DNA from: Camelus ferus | Lineage: Eukaryota | Assembly (NCBI RefSeq): GCF_009834535.1 | Contig: NC_045697.1 | Location: 102,054,001 to 102,118,000, forward strand | Direction: 5' to 3' | DNA length: 64,000 nucleotides | Shown here: piece after piece, positions 24,450 through 36,890 of the stretch | Position numbering within the stretch: the stretch's first letter is position 1 | Layout: every line of letters starts with the position of its first letter | Made by a program: the position numbers and the translations under genes | The notes under the pieces: generated by a model | Database searches by the model: none | Told to the model about the DNA's origin: nothing | The model's input: only the letters and a program-made list of their open reading frames with translations

Positions 24450-26004
24450 TTTGTTGCTACTGTTCTTGTGTTTTGTTTGTTTTTGCTTACTATCTCCATT
24501 TCTTAACCTCCTACCAACTCCCTCTTAGACACTCCAGTCCCACTTCCACTTTAGACTCTTCAACAAAACTCTTGTTAAGGTCATTAGTAATGTCTAGGTG
24601 GAAAAATCCTGAGACTGTTTTGGTATCGTTCATTTGCCACACTCTTCTGGTTTTCCTCTTTCCTCTCAGTTCAAGTCCTGCTTCTTCAGGAAGATCTTTT
24701 CCTATGCTCCCCAAGCCATATTAAATCTGTTTGCAATTATACACTTTCACGGACAACTTAAGGTCTGTTGCCCCTCCCCTCCACTAGACTTCAAGCTCCA
24801 TAAGAGCAGGGAGTGTGCAATGTTCATCCCTGGTACCTGATGCTCATGGCACAGAGCAGGTAAATAATAACTGTTGATTCAATGAATGAATCAAAGAATG
24901 AAAGAGCAGAGGAATTAGTAACTGACATACTATAAAGTCGAGGTGCTATGCGGAAAAAACCAGGGCAGATGTAGGTTAACCTCTTTCTCCCATCCTCAGA
25001 CTATGACAACTCATTAGAGGCTGATGACAGCTCTGTTGAGAGAACACAATTTGATTTCTAGCCAAATATTTATTTTATTAGAGTTTTCCTTCCGCAGGGC
25101 AATCTTACTTATCCATATTGTATTTCTTTTATCTCTCACCATCCTCAATTTATATCCTTTAAACCTGAGCTGCATTTCAAGTCTATCATTAAGTGGGAAA
25201 GAAAGGAGCTACAAACTATGTGCTATCCTGGAGGTTTTCATACGCCCTGCATCATTGGACCCTTGTGAAACCCTGCAAGGTGGCAATGTGTCTTATTTCT
25301 AGTTTATATATAATAATAGATCCTATCTTACAGAGCCATTATAAGAATTAAATAGATTACTGCACATAAAAGGCTATGAACAGTACCTGGCACACAGTAA
25401 GTGTTCAATAAATGTAAGTTATTGTTACAATTATAGATGGGAAATGGAGATTTACAGGTCTTAGGTAGAAAAATTTTACTTTGTAAATTAATTCAACTAT
25501 CACTGAAAGTGTGTCCTACAGAGGAGTCCTCACATGCCCCTGGGGACTTGCCCACTCCATAAATAGTTGGGTCTGCCTTGCAGTTCATAAGTGGCATTTA
25601 ATAGGTCACAGAAAGGAGACTATGTGTCCAAATACTGTGCTTGTGCTTCGGCAGAGAGACAGTCTGTTTTCAGTGGGACATGTTCAACTTCAGGAGAAAT
25701 GACTGAGATCAGGTGGAAGGTTTTGCCTCACGAACTAGGAAGTTCTACACCAGTATCTCTGCTACCCGGCGAGGCTAAAGAGACCAGCTATTCAACCTGA
25801 CCTTGCCTGAAGCTATTTTTTTTTTTTTCTCTGCCAACTGGAGAAATAAAAGAGCCTAAACTCTAAATTTTGCAAGATAAATGCCTTGAATCGAATTGCT
25901 GACAAACATCTCACATTACAATACTGCCAAAAAACCTACAGAGACTTTATTTCAGTTGGCTTTGGGATCAGCAATGAACTCTTGACATTAAAGAACAAGT
26001 TCCA

Positions 26005-26305
26005 TTATTTACAAAACAGAAACAGACTCACAGACATAGAAAACAAACTTATGGTTACCAGGAGGGGGGAAATGGGGGCAGAGGGAAGGGATAAATTGGG
26101 AGTTCAGGATTTGCAGATACTAACTACTATATATAAAATAGATAAACAGCAAGTTCCTACTGTATAGTACAGGGAACTATATTCAATATCTTGTAGTAAC
26201 CTATAATGTAAAAGAATATAAAAAGGAATATATGTATGACTAAACTATTACGCTGCACACCAGAAATTGACACATTATAAACTGACTACTTGAATTAAAA
26301 AAAAG
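26005..26305 (+). mobile_element. L1 3' end, 5'-truncated
   Basis: L1 3' UTR plus A-tail; TSD AGAACAAGTTCCA (25992-26004)/AGAACATGTTCCA (26306-26318). Confidence 0.9.
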
Positions 26306-27609
26306 AGAACATGTTCCAGAAAGGCTACAAGTTGGGGGAAAAAAAAGCACACTCAATAATCCCCTCCCTCCAAAAAAGCCATTAAGAAATGGCATCCATT
26401 GGCCATGTAGATCATTTGTCATTTGTCGGGATAGCAGCTTCAAGAGAAGTGAGTTAAAGCACACAGCCTGTCAGTGGCTGAGCCAGCTTTGCCCCATTAC
26501 ACATGGAATCAGTGGGCACCTATATTTCCTATCGTCCCTTCCAGCCAAGGAATGCAGTGGCCATAGTTCCACCTAAATGACCATATCCCAGGAGCTTGTC
26601 TTCCTTTGTGTAGATCTGAATAAGGATCTCCATGCCCTGCAGGACGGGCGCTGAGAAGTTGGCAAGGAGAAGATCATGAATGGGAGTAGCCACACAGCTT
26701 GTATCAAATATATGATGTTGCACTCATGAGCTTCTAAAACTCTCCCAACAAATCCTTCTAGTTATCCTGTTAATGTAAAGGTCATGGTTACAGTCAGCAC
26801 ATTTGAGAACTGAGTGGTCTGGGGAAGGAGAGAGAAGGGAGAATCAGATTATTTTCCTGCTCTTTTGAGAGTCCAACGGACACCAGGATGAGAGCAGGTG
26901 GCCCTGGCTCACTCCTGCCAGAGAGAGCTGCCCTTCAGACTGATGGGTGTGTCACCCCGACTCGCAGGGCTCCCGTGTGGGCTGTGGCTGGGTAGCAAGG
27001 AGTCAAAGTCAGGGAGCCCGTGGGAGGTAAGCGAGGAAGGGTCTCTTCCACTCTGTACCAGGACAAAGAGCTGATTCAAATGCCCTCATTCCTGGTCGAA
27101 AATAAGACCTTCAAAATCAAAAGCACGGATTTGCCATATGATCACTGATCATTATACTTTAAACCATACAACATATAAAAGAATTGTTTTTACTTCAAAG
27201 GAAGGCAATAAGAACACATGTTAAAAAAAAGAATCAAGGGTAAAAAACTATTTCTGATCTCCTTGATGTTCATTGCTCACTGATAGTATATGTAGGTACC
27301 ATGTCTATTTAGCAGAGATTTCCTTTCGAGTAGTTTCAAATTTTAGGAGCCAAAGCTCAAATAATGATGAATATTGATAATATTTAATTGGTAGTGTTTT
27401 TGTAGAAATCTTAGTTGACTCTGATGTCAAAATGACTTAAAGATGACACCATTTTATTCATTATTTGGGCTTTTCATTAACTTATTTTGAATGAGTTAAT
27501 AGGAAGTCTAGCTTTTAAGCATAGTCTTATTTGTCTACAAGTTTTATCTGATGAGGAATTATTTTTAATAAATCACATTTTCTCTCTTAAGTATTGATCT
27601 GAAATGTAG

Positions 27610-27812
27610 AGCTCAGCCAAGTCCTGAAAATAATGTTAGTATATTTATCACAACCAATCAGAGAATCGAGCACAAGCTGACCATGCATCCTGAGACCCTA
27701 TCCTTCACACTGTCCTTAAAAACCGTCCCTGAAAGTCACAGAAGAGTTTGTGTCTTTTGAGTGTGAGCTGCCTATTGCCCTTGTTTGACGTCTTCCAATT
27801 AATGCTGTACTT
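27610..27812 (+). mobile_element. Fragment of a different ERV1-type LTR
   Basis: AACCAATCAG box, CCTTAAAAACC TATA-like motif, then R-like sequence ending in a degenerate poly(A) signal; ends not defined. Confidence 0.5.
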
Positions 27813-27964
27813 AGGCAATATGCATTTTCCTCAGAATGGACCAAAAACTAGTGTAACTTGCCCATTTAAGCTGACTCAGGGATAAAAATGGAGAGGATTT
27901 CATATAAACATGGCTTTGCTAATTGACCTGTTGGTTTTGAAATGTCATTCAGAATCACTCCAAG

Positions 27965-28426
27965 TGTTACTGAAATCAAATTAGTACGCCTGACATATAG
28001 GAAGCCAAAAGAACCAACCAAACAAAATCCCAAAATGTCATAGATTGAAGCAGAGAAAGGTTTATTGCTAGCTTAGCGAGAAGAACAGGTGACTCATGCC
28101 CCCTAAACCCTGAACTCCTCAAAGGGTTTCAGCTGAGCATTTTTAAAGGTCATTTGAGGGACAGGCATCTCAGGGCATGTGATCAGCTGTGCAAATTCTG
28201 ATTGGTTGATGGTGATCAATCCTTACCACCAGATCATCTCGGGGCTACATGCTCACGATCATCAAGTAGTTAATTTCTTCCATTTGGTGGTGGTTTTTTA
28301 GTTTCTGAGAAACTCAGGAAATATGCATGAGAAACTATTGTCAGGGTACTTCAGGGAGGTGCTACAGCAGAGGATATGGGGGAGGGGTCTTCCCAGGAAG
28401 GCTCTATAGGGTCCTACTGGGTTACA
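27965..28426 (-). mobile_element. 3' LTR of the ERV
   Basis: Minus strand runs TGTAACC...AGTAACA, preceded by the polypurine tract AAAGAAAGGGG. AATAAA (plus-strand tttatt 28061-28066) and CCAAT (plus attgg 28201-28205) are retained. Confidence 0.9.
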
Positions 28427-29629
28427 ACTTACCCCTTTCTTTGATACTCCTCAATCTTAAGAACAAGTGTTGGACAAGAAGGAGGATAATATTCTGGATA
28501 GAGGTTAATCATAAACTTGGCAGAGGAACTCAGTTTCAATTGCCAATCCTGTTTCATCGCTCCCAAAATCTTTCAGGGAATGGGGAGATGACCACTCTGA
28601 CTCCTTCCTGCTGAAACGGGGCACAGTCCTACTTTGATTGAGGGAATGGAATCCAATTTGGAAATAGTCCCAAGTTCCAAGTCCTGGATCCAAGTCTTGT
28701 ATGATTAAGATCTCATTCCCTGAGGAATTCAAGAAAATTAAACCTGAAAACCAGTCTGGACCTGGCACTTTAGGGGAGACTTGTAGCCAGTTGTCTACTT
28801 TTATCTGAGTAGGTTTTAACTTTGGATGTGGTGTTAACATATACATATGAGCTTCTGGCCACCACATATTTCTTTTTTCTCCTAATGTCTAAAGCAATTT
28901 TATTGTCTAAAAATTTAATAGTTACCAGAGGATACCCTGAGGTCATAAGTTTGCAGCTGCCATCTGCCAGGAGACACTGCTTTGAGAATGGCTAGGTGGC
29001 ATCTCAGGTATGACACAGCTAAGAAAATTCAAGCTCTCAACAACGCAGGAATGTGTCTGAAATCATGTCCACAATGGCTACCTAGTTTTACCTTGGATGT
29101 CTGAACCACAGCTACTCCATTTTGACTTTTAAATGCATTCCCCTCCTCAAGGCCAAAGCAGATGTACAATGCATGTCCAAAGGGCCAGAAAACTGGCTAC
29201 TTGGTGGTCAGTAAAGTTTAAGTCAAACCATGCATAAGCCAGAATGACTATTCCCCATACCTTGATATGTGCAGATTTTCCCATCATTTCCCCCTTTAAT
29301 TACAAATCTTTCAGTAGAAAGCATTGATGATCAAAATATCTGTCCATTGATGCTGAGGTGATAGCTCCTGCCCCAGGTTTAGATCATGTACCTTGGTCCT
29401 AGGCCTCCTCTATATTTGCCTAATTATCCATATTGGGGGAAACCTAATCAGATATCATGAAAAGGCTCAGAGGTACGTTAATGGGGAGACACTATATAGG
29501 CCATACATTTTATCACTTATACCCAGTTGTTACAAAAGCACCGTACATGTGCTTTTAGCAGTAGACTTAGAGCAAGCATTGTTATACATCATGAGTAGTT
29601 ATACTGTGACAACTCCATTAGAGAATTCT

Positions 29630-29733
29630 TTCTTTCTTTTTTTAAATTGAAGTACAGTCAGTTACAATGTGTCAATTTCTGGTGTACAGCACAATGTCCC
29701 AGTCATGCATATACATACATATATTCATTTTCA
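29630..29733 (-). mobile_element. ~100-nt L1 3' end nested in the ERV internal region
   Basis: Perfect 11-bp TSD TAGAGAATTCT at 29619-29629 and 29734-29744. Confidence 0.9.
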
Positions 29734-31739
29734 TAGAGAATTCTCTTTCCATCCTAAACATCAGAGGCAGTATCAATAGAAACATCTGGTAAGAAGTTCA
29801 ATTAGAAAACAGAATAAAAGCCCATCATACTTCAAACACTCAATATTATAACCATATTCATCAGTTCACTCAATCCTATGCAATCAATCTTTTTAACTAA
29901 CAGTTTTATGAAATCAGAGTTTTCATTATATTTCTTAAATATCTTACCCAGCTCAGCAGTAAGATTTAAAAGAAACCTGTACTTGTCAAAAAAATTCCTT
30001 TTATGAATCTTCTGGAAGATAAAGCAGTTCTGCAAAGCATCAGCTTAACTGTCTATGAATGACAAAAGACCCAAAAATGTAAGGTAAAAGATCTGATTAC
30101 AATTGTTTTTGACAAAGAAGCTTAATCATGCTGCTGTGATGTACAACATTTCAAGGTAACAACCAGAATTATGGCTACAGCATTATACCAGGACACATCT
30201 AAATTTCAGAAACTTTATATAATTTCTAGAATGTTCACACTAACAACATTTATTCATACTGTATAATCCAAGGAGGCTTATCACTCATTTGTCAATGCTT
30301 CCCATATAATTCAACATACCAACCAGTCCTAGTTCGTTTAATATTTTTCTCTGAGATGTCTCAAGGGGCCCTGAAGCATCCCAAAGTTAGCTGAAGTTAA
30401 AAGAACTTTCATTAGAATAGGAAGTTTGTCAAAAAAATATCAAAATGTTTCCCACAATCTGTTGTCAGAAGCATTCTAAGTAACCTTGTTCTCTTAAGAG
30501 AGAGGGACCAAATCTAGTCCTGCACCAGACTACTTTTAAAAACAAAGTCCATTTACCTAAATAATTTTAATCTTATCTCAGCCCAACCGTGCACAGAATT
30601 CCTTTTTTAGGCTCCCTCTCTACAAACCTTCTACAACTTTCTGTATCCATTATTAGCCGGTACTTTATTTTCTCCCACCTAGAAACAACCAGCTCCAGGA
30701 CCATATCACCTTCTTTTCCTTTAACAAAAGACAATTCCATTACTCATACCTTTTTTTTTTTAAACTCAAAAAACACATCTTACTTTCCTACTGCACATTG
30801 AAACACACTGAAATATTTCCCCCATCATTTTCAGTAGCTTTGATTACACATCTAAATTAGAACCCTCAATTGTCAAAAATCTCAACCTCCAGTGAATGTT
30901 TCAGTATCTTAATTGGTTTGGGGATGGCCTAGCTATTCAACTGTTCAATAAACTTCCATCATTTAACCCAGTTTAGCATGACTCTAAAATTTCAAGTTAC
31001 TGAATGTCTTTTTAAGTAGACATTCCTAAAACATAATCATTTCTGAACAGTTCACTCAAAAGCTGTTATCCCATTTGCATTTAATTCATTTATAGGAGTT
31101 TCATCATACCAAGTTAATTTTTTTTTTCTGCTGACAAACTCTGCAACAGAAACATGAACTTATTAACCTTTTGTCAATGTAGGTACAATAAAAGACACGT
31201 CTGTATTGATTATACCAACAAGCTTAAGCTAGCTTATTAAAGACATCAATTCAGTATTGACCATTTCCCAGATCACATGAACCCAAAATTTGTTCTATCT
31301 TCTTTTACACTTAGAAGTATTTAATTTGTAAGCACTTACTTTTAAGTCAATTAAATAACTTACAAGTCTTTTTTTTTTTTTAACGTAAAGACAGGCAGAA
31401 CCAGAGATCTCTCAGTTTTCCACTGGAGTTTTAAAAAAACCTCTTTTTTTCCTTGAGAAACCAGATATATCACCTACATCCCAAAGGCACAGAAGAGAAA
31501 TGCTAATTCCTCCTCTAACTGCTTTTACAAAACCCAGCCGTCTTGGTTATTTTCAGGAATTTTTTCCCCAGTTCCCATATATCCACTTCAGTTTAAAGAA
31601 CTCACAGTAATAGACAATAGTATGTATATGTCATTCGCTCACATTCACATGCCTCACTTTCCACAAAACCGGGACAAGAACAAGATTTGGGCTCAAGTAC
31701 CCAGACACTTCACCCCAACCCCACCCTGCCAAGAGTAAA

Positions 31740-31865
31740 AGCCAAACTGCAAAAGGCCCACTTTGATATAAGAGCAGAGACATTAGGGACCATTGTTCTC
31801 CAGATCTCAGGGGGTACTGAGCCCACACAGTGTTACAATAAAAAGTATCATTTTCTTTAATTTAT
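31740..31865 (-). pseudogene. Gammaretrovirus-like gag matrix remnant inside the ERV
   Basis: Translates with a frameshift as LKKMILF/FYCNTVWAQYPLRSGEQWSL, resembling the class I ERV MA motif FFCNTAWPQYPL..GE.WP. Confidence 0.7.
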
Positions 31866-32688
31866 GGGAGCATAGCTGAAGATCTGGTTTTGCAAATATG
31901 CCCTAGGAGGACTATAAAATGGAACGGAGCCCTGATCATCCATACTTAATTATTCACAGCTGATGTTATCAAATGTCAAGCAAACAACGATCCAAAACAG
32001 TCTTTCAGGGTCACAGTTCTGTAGCTCCAAAAGGGAGATTCCTAACCAATGCCTCATGAGTCCAAAAGGGGTAAACCCCAACCAGTGCCCCATCAGAGAT
32101 GAAGTTGAATGAAAGACCAAGGCAAGAAAGGGAAAATTCGAACCAAAACTCCATGGCAGGTGAAGCCAAAGCGATAGGGTAGGATACCCTGGCGTCGTTA
32201 CCGAGAGCCCTGTTACTCACCAAAGACGTCTCACCAGCCAATGCAAGTCCTGATACACCTGCACATACAAACAACAAACATGGTCCCACAAAAACACAAA
32301 CAACCAATAAGCTACGGTCGGTCACAGAGTCAGAGGAGGTGTAGTCTAAAAATTCCTCTTCCGCTCCCAGATGGAGGCCTCCAAACAGATTGCCCCAGCT
32401 CTCGAAAGAGAACAGACTCAGAGTGGCTCACAATGAGCCCAGGACAGCTAACCTCCTGCAAGCAGATGAGCCCAGATGGAGTGGAGAGAATTCCCAGTCT
32501 GAGCAAGCTGGAGCCACTCACCCCCAAGTGACAGCGAATGTGGACTGCAGCTCCGGTGTGTCTCAGCTCCAAACAGCCTCGCACCAGGGCCGCCGGCCTG
32601 TGACTGCTGGTTCTCCTGAGGGAAGTGAGCTCTGGCAGCTGCTGGGACACAGGGAAGGGGCAGTCCCTTCCATCTCCATGGGCATAAA

Positions 32689-32708
32689 CTCCTAGGCTGG
32701 CTTTGCCA
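32689..32708 (-). other. Degenerate primer-binding site, tRNA-Arg(ACG)-like
   Basis: TGGCAAAGCCAGCCTAGGAG, 4 nt after the 5' LTR, versus TGGCGAGCCAGCCAGGAG (complement of the tRNA-Arg-ACG 3' end): one substitution and two 1-nt insertions. Confidence 0.7.
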
Positions 32709-32712
32709 ACAT

Positions 32713-33157
32713 TGTACCGAACGTAAATTTGTGTGCCTAACACACAGTGAGGCCAAACTATTCCAAAACATTGAAGTCTGGAACAGAGAAAGGTCTGTTG
32801 CTCGGCTGAACAAGGAGGAGTGGCTAGTGCCCCAAATACCTGAACTCCCTAAAGGGTTTCAGCTGAGGCTTTTTAAAGGCCAGCTGAGGGCGGGGCAGCC
32901 CAGGGTATGTGATCAGCTGTGTACAGTTTTGATTGGTTGATGGTGATTGATCCTTAGATGTCAGAAGGTCTGGGAGCTACTTGCTCGTGATCATCAAGTA
33001 GTTAATTCTTCCATTTGGTGGTGGTTTTCAGCATCTGAGAAACTCAGGAAATATGCATGAGATGCTGTTATCTGGGTACTTCAGGGAGGAGCTACAGTAG
33101 AGGATATGGGGGAGGGGTCTGCCCTGGGAAGGTCTCATAGGGTCTTCCTTGGTTACA
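32713..33157 (-). mobile_element. 5' LTR of the ERV
   Basis: Minus strand runs TGTAACC...GGTACA, aligns along its length with 27965-28426, has a CCAAT box and TTTAAAAA TATA-like motif, and is followed by the PBS. Confidence 0.9.
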
Positions 33158-36049
33158 CAGGATATTTTAATTCTGATGTTCAGAATATTTTTAAGGTCGT
33201 GAATTTATTTAATTTTGACTTTCAAGGCATTTCCAATACATTCAGTAAACTTGAATACATTTTCTTAAATATTTTCTATTAGAGATTCCAATGGAAATAA
33301 ACTTAGTCATTTGTTAATGACGAATTAATAATTGGCATATCAAAGTTATTTTTAGAAGAAGATTCTAAGAGTGGCAGGATGATCAAACGAGATTAAATTT
33401 GCATGTGTGGCTGTGTTTGCACGCTCTTCTTTAGCAAGGGTGAAACATGTTGGATTTGCTGAAGGCAGGCTACCCTTCCTTAGACCAGTAGGTAAGGTTT
33501 CTTGAAGTCGCAGCAGGTAACAAGATCTCTCATTCTTCCCTTCCCCACTCAAGGATGGGTGTGTACACTTTGGAGTCACTTTGGAAATTTTGCTTAAGAG
33601 ACAAATTCATTTTTGAATCATTGAAGTCAATTGCTAATTATAATTTTGGGGGGATTGACAAGGTTAACAGGTGTGATCAGAGTGTGGCTGGGGAATCTAA
33701 AGGAGCTCTAAACTCAAATACTTAGAGGCTTGGGCAGATGGCATGGATTAATTAAGCCACTGGGACATAAGACAAAGGAGAGACTACATGTCAGTCTCTG
33801 CTGGGAAAATATAAAGTGCATGCTTTATACTCAAGCATGGTTTTCATCTAGAAAGGACACAGTGTTGTTTCACAAAGTGTCTTTTGCCTGCTAAGACAGA
33901 AGACTTTTGGAAGATGTCCGTGTTTTAGGCACTATGGGAATATTTAGCACACCAGGGTGTATAGTGTAGCATGGGTCAGGGAGAAAGGATCTCATACACA
34001 TTTAGTTTCATTTTAAATAGAGATCGTAAGAAATGACCATTGGTATAGAGCTGTCTCCTTTGACCCCATAGTAGGGATGGCAAAGAAGCACCCCCCACCC
34101 TAGTCACCCACTTCTCGACCTTGGTGGGCTGTGATGTGGAAGGAATGTTGAAGCCAGGAGTGGACTCCATAGAGTTGGTCCTCTGTAGATTAATCTTTAA
34201 TTTTGTATGCAGGGCATCTGTTTAAACAAATAACCACTCATTATTATCCTATTATTATTATTCTATTCTGGAGGATACATAGGGAAAAAATTAGGATGTT
34301 GTAGGGGAAGGAAAAGAGAGAGGAAAGGGAAACAGGGATGGATCACTGTAGGGGAAGACATCACAGAAGAGCAGAGAGGACTCACGGTGGGAGAGGGGAT
34401 GAAGGCGTCAGGACAAACCACCCAGACGGAGAATTAAATGAAATGAAGTGGGAAAAGTGCCTGACATCTAAGCATCCAAGACTCCCAGCATCTTGTTGGT
34501 TTCCATGCTTATTCCTTCCATTTGGGACCAGAAGTGGCTTTTCATTTACTCGTGTTCCCCAGGACCTGATACATTTAGACTGTTTAACTGAATCATTCCC
34601 AAGTTTATGTTCAGCTGTCATAGTTCACATAATGATACAGTATTTCATGTATAGATTTTTCTAGGCTTTGCTTTATTCTCTAATATACAGAAGAATAAAT
34701 ACAGTTTGTACTTGGAAAATTGTGTCTATTTTCCTCTTTGGTACTTCTTGAACAAAAGTCTTGTAAACAGATGAAAATATGTAGTATATGAAGTTTATTA
34801 AGCTTTTGACCACATCCATTTCATATATTTGAAAGCATAGACATTACAACACAAACACTGCAATATAGGGGTGAAAATTTATGTTTTCAAGTTGAAAAAA
34901 TTATAATTCTGAGTTATAAGAGAAAATTTTAAAGTAGTCCCAATGAATACAGCATTTTTAAAAGTCTAGACTGCTTTTATATCGCTTGCAAAATGTAAAA
35001 TTTAAATAACACACAGCAGCTGCAGTGGAAGAACAGCCCATCACACCAGCTGCTTTCTGTTGTTATTGTTAAATGGGTTTATTTTTAGTAATGTAACATG
35101 TTTATTATTCATTTAAAGTAGTTGTAAAAGCAAATTTTGAATAGATGCTTTAAGCAGACATAAATTCCCTGTGAGTTTTCTTACTGCACACATTATCTTG
35201 AGTAACATTTTTATTGGTTTATTTGTTCTCAAGACATTTATGGTGTTCGATACCATTACTTTCACTGGCATGCCTTATAGTGTCAGATGCTCTAAATTAA
35301 AGATGTGGTTGGAAATTACATAGTTATTTGAATTTGCGAGCTAAGTTTGCAAACTGTGATCTCTATGACAGAGAACTGGATAACATTTCCAAACTTGGCA
35401 GACATAGAGAATGTCCTTTTATGCAAAAAAAAAAAAAAAAAAAAAAAGACCCACAGAAGCCTTCATAAAAAATGATGAACAACTGAGAGAATGATTCTCC
35501 AACTAAATAATCTGTTTCTTGCAATAAAAAATCTTGTTTGGGCTTTAAAATGGTTAAATCCATGAGTAGGACTCACTGAATCACAGTTTAACCACTTCTC
35601 TGTACCTGTGATACAGCCCGAGGCATCCCAGATACATTTCGTGTTTGGTATAAATGCAGGTCCTTAAAATCTGAGGTCTGTGGAACCTTGCCAGGGGTTA
35701 TCTTTTATCTCCTTGGATGTTAAGCATGGCCAGACAGCACGCCCACCTACTGGGCCTTTTTCATGCTGCAGTTTCAGGCAAAACACAATCAGTCCATTTC
35801 CCCCCCTTCATCGTCTTAATTACTTCATAGAGTCACAGTTTTTAATGCGTGCAAGGAACTTAGGAAAGAAGACAACGATCATGAACAAAGGAATGACTCC
35901 TGTTATTGCAGAACTGCTAATAGGACCTAAAAAAATAATTTTGTAGGTCAGTTACAGATCAGGGGTGTTTAAGAGGAACCGAAGAGCAGAGATACTCCAG
36001 TTCCACATCATCATCACATTTCATTTTAGTTGTTTGTTTATCAGAATTT

Positions 36050-36890
36050 TCTCACCACCAATTTTCCCATTTTAGTGAACAGCGCCATTTTCTTCTAAGT
36101 GGCCCACGTTCAAAAGTGCAATAATTAAAATCCTTCCCGTCCCTTGCCTTCTGTATTCACTCCGCAAATACCCAGAGCTTGTGAAGTGTCAGGTAGTGTG
36201 ATGAATACGATACAATCTCCGTCCTCTAGGGGGCGCAAAGTCTATTCAGCGCTCTGGCTGGTGATTACGTCATTTTCCTCCTCGCTTCACTTGCCTTTCC
36301 CTTTCCCCCGCACCTACTCTCTGTCAGATTTTGTCACTGCATACCTGGACTAGTACCTTATTTTCCAAGTCTCTAATCATCTTGCACAACTACTACTCTC
36401 TTCCCTCAAAGCTTCCTGTGGCTCCCTCTTACCTCTCAGATAAAGTTCAAACTCTGCAGTCTGTGAGATAACACAGCCCCCCAACCAAAGGCTATAGCCT
36501 GCCTTAAAAAATTATTAATTTTTTTCCTGTGAAGTGGTTTGGGTTAGCTGCTCTGCCTGCAAGTCCTGTCTTCCATTTTTCTGAGTCCTGTTTCAATCTA
36601 GTTGTCCGTCAAAGGCTAGCAGAACCCCAACTACAACAAAGCTCTTCCTGAGCCCTGGAATGGAAGTGACTTCGAAATCCCTTGACTACTTATGGTTCAG
36701 ACTTCTCTCAAGGGATGAATCATTCACTTCTCTGTAAGGTGGCTTATCTATTCCTGTTCATACTTCAGCCTTAACTTCTATTTAGACAGTGTCTTTATAG
36801 CCCTCAAGTTCACAGCACGGGGCTTTTTGCAAGCAAAATTTACTCAGTAAATATTTCTGGATTGATTTCTTCAAATAAAAATGAATGAAC
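36050..36890 (+). mobile_element. L2 fragments (3' region)
   Basis: GTGGCTCCCTCTTACCTCTCAGATAAAGTTCAAACTC and terminal CTCAGTAAATATTT...TGAATGAA motifs; heavily decayed. Confidence 0.6.

Larger units (their letters stand above)
27965..33157 (-). mobile_element. Endogenous retrovirus (class I/ERV1-like), two-LTR, internally deleted non-autonomous provirus
   Basis: Two homologous ~450-nt TG...CA repeats, a 4-bp TSD-like pair CAAG (27961-27964)/CAGG (33158-33161), PBS and PPT at the expected minus-strand positions, a gag matrix remnant, and no pol ORF. Confidence 0.9.
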
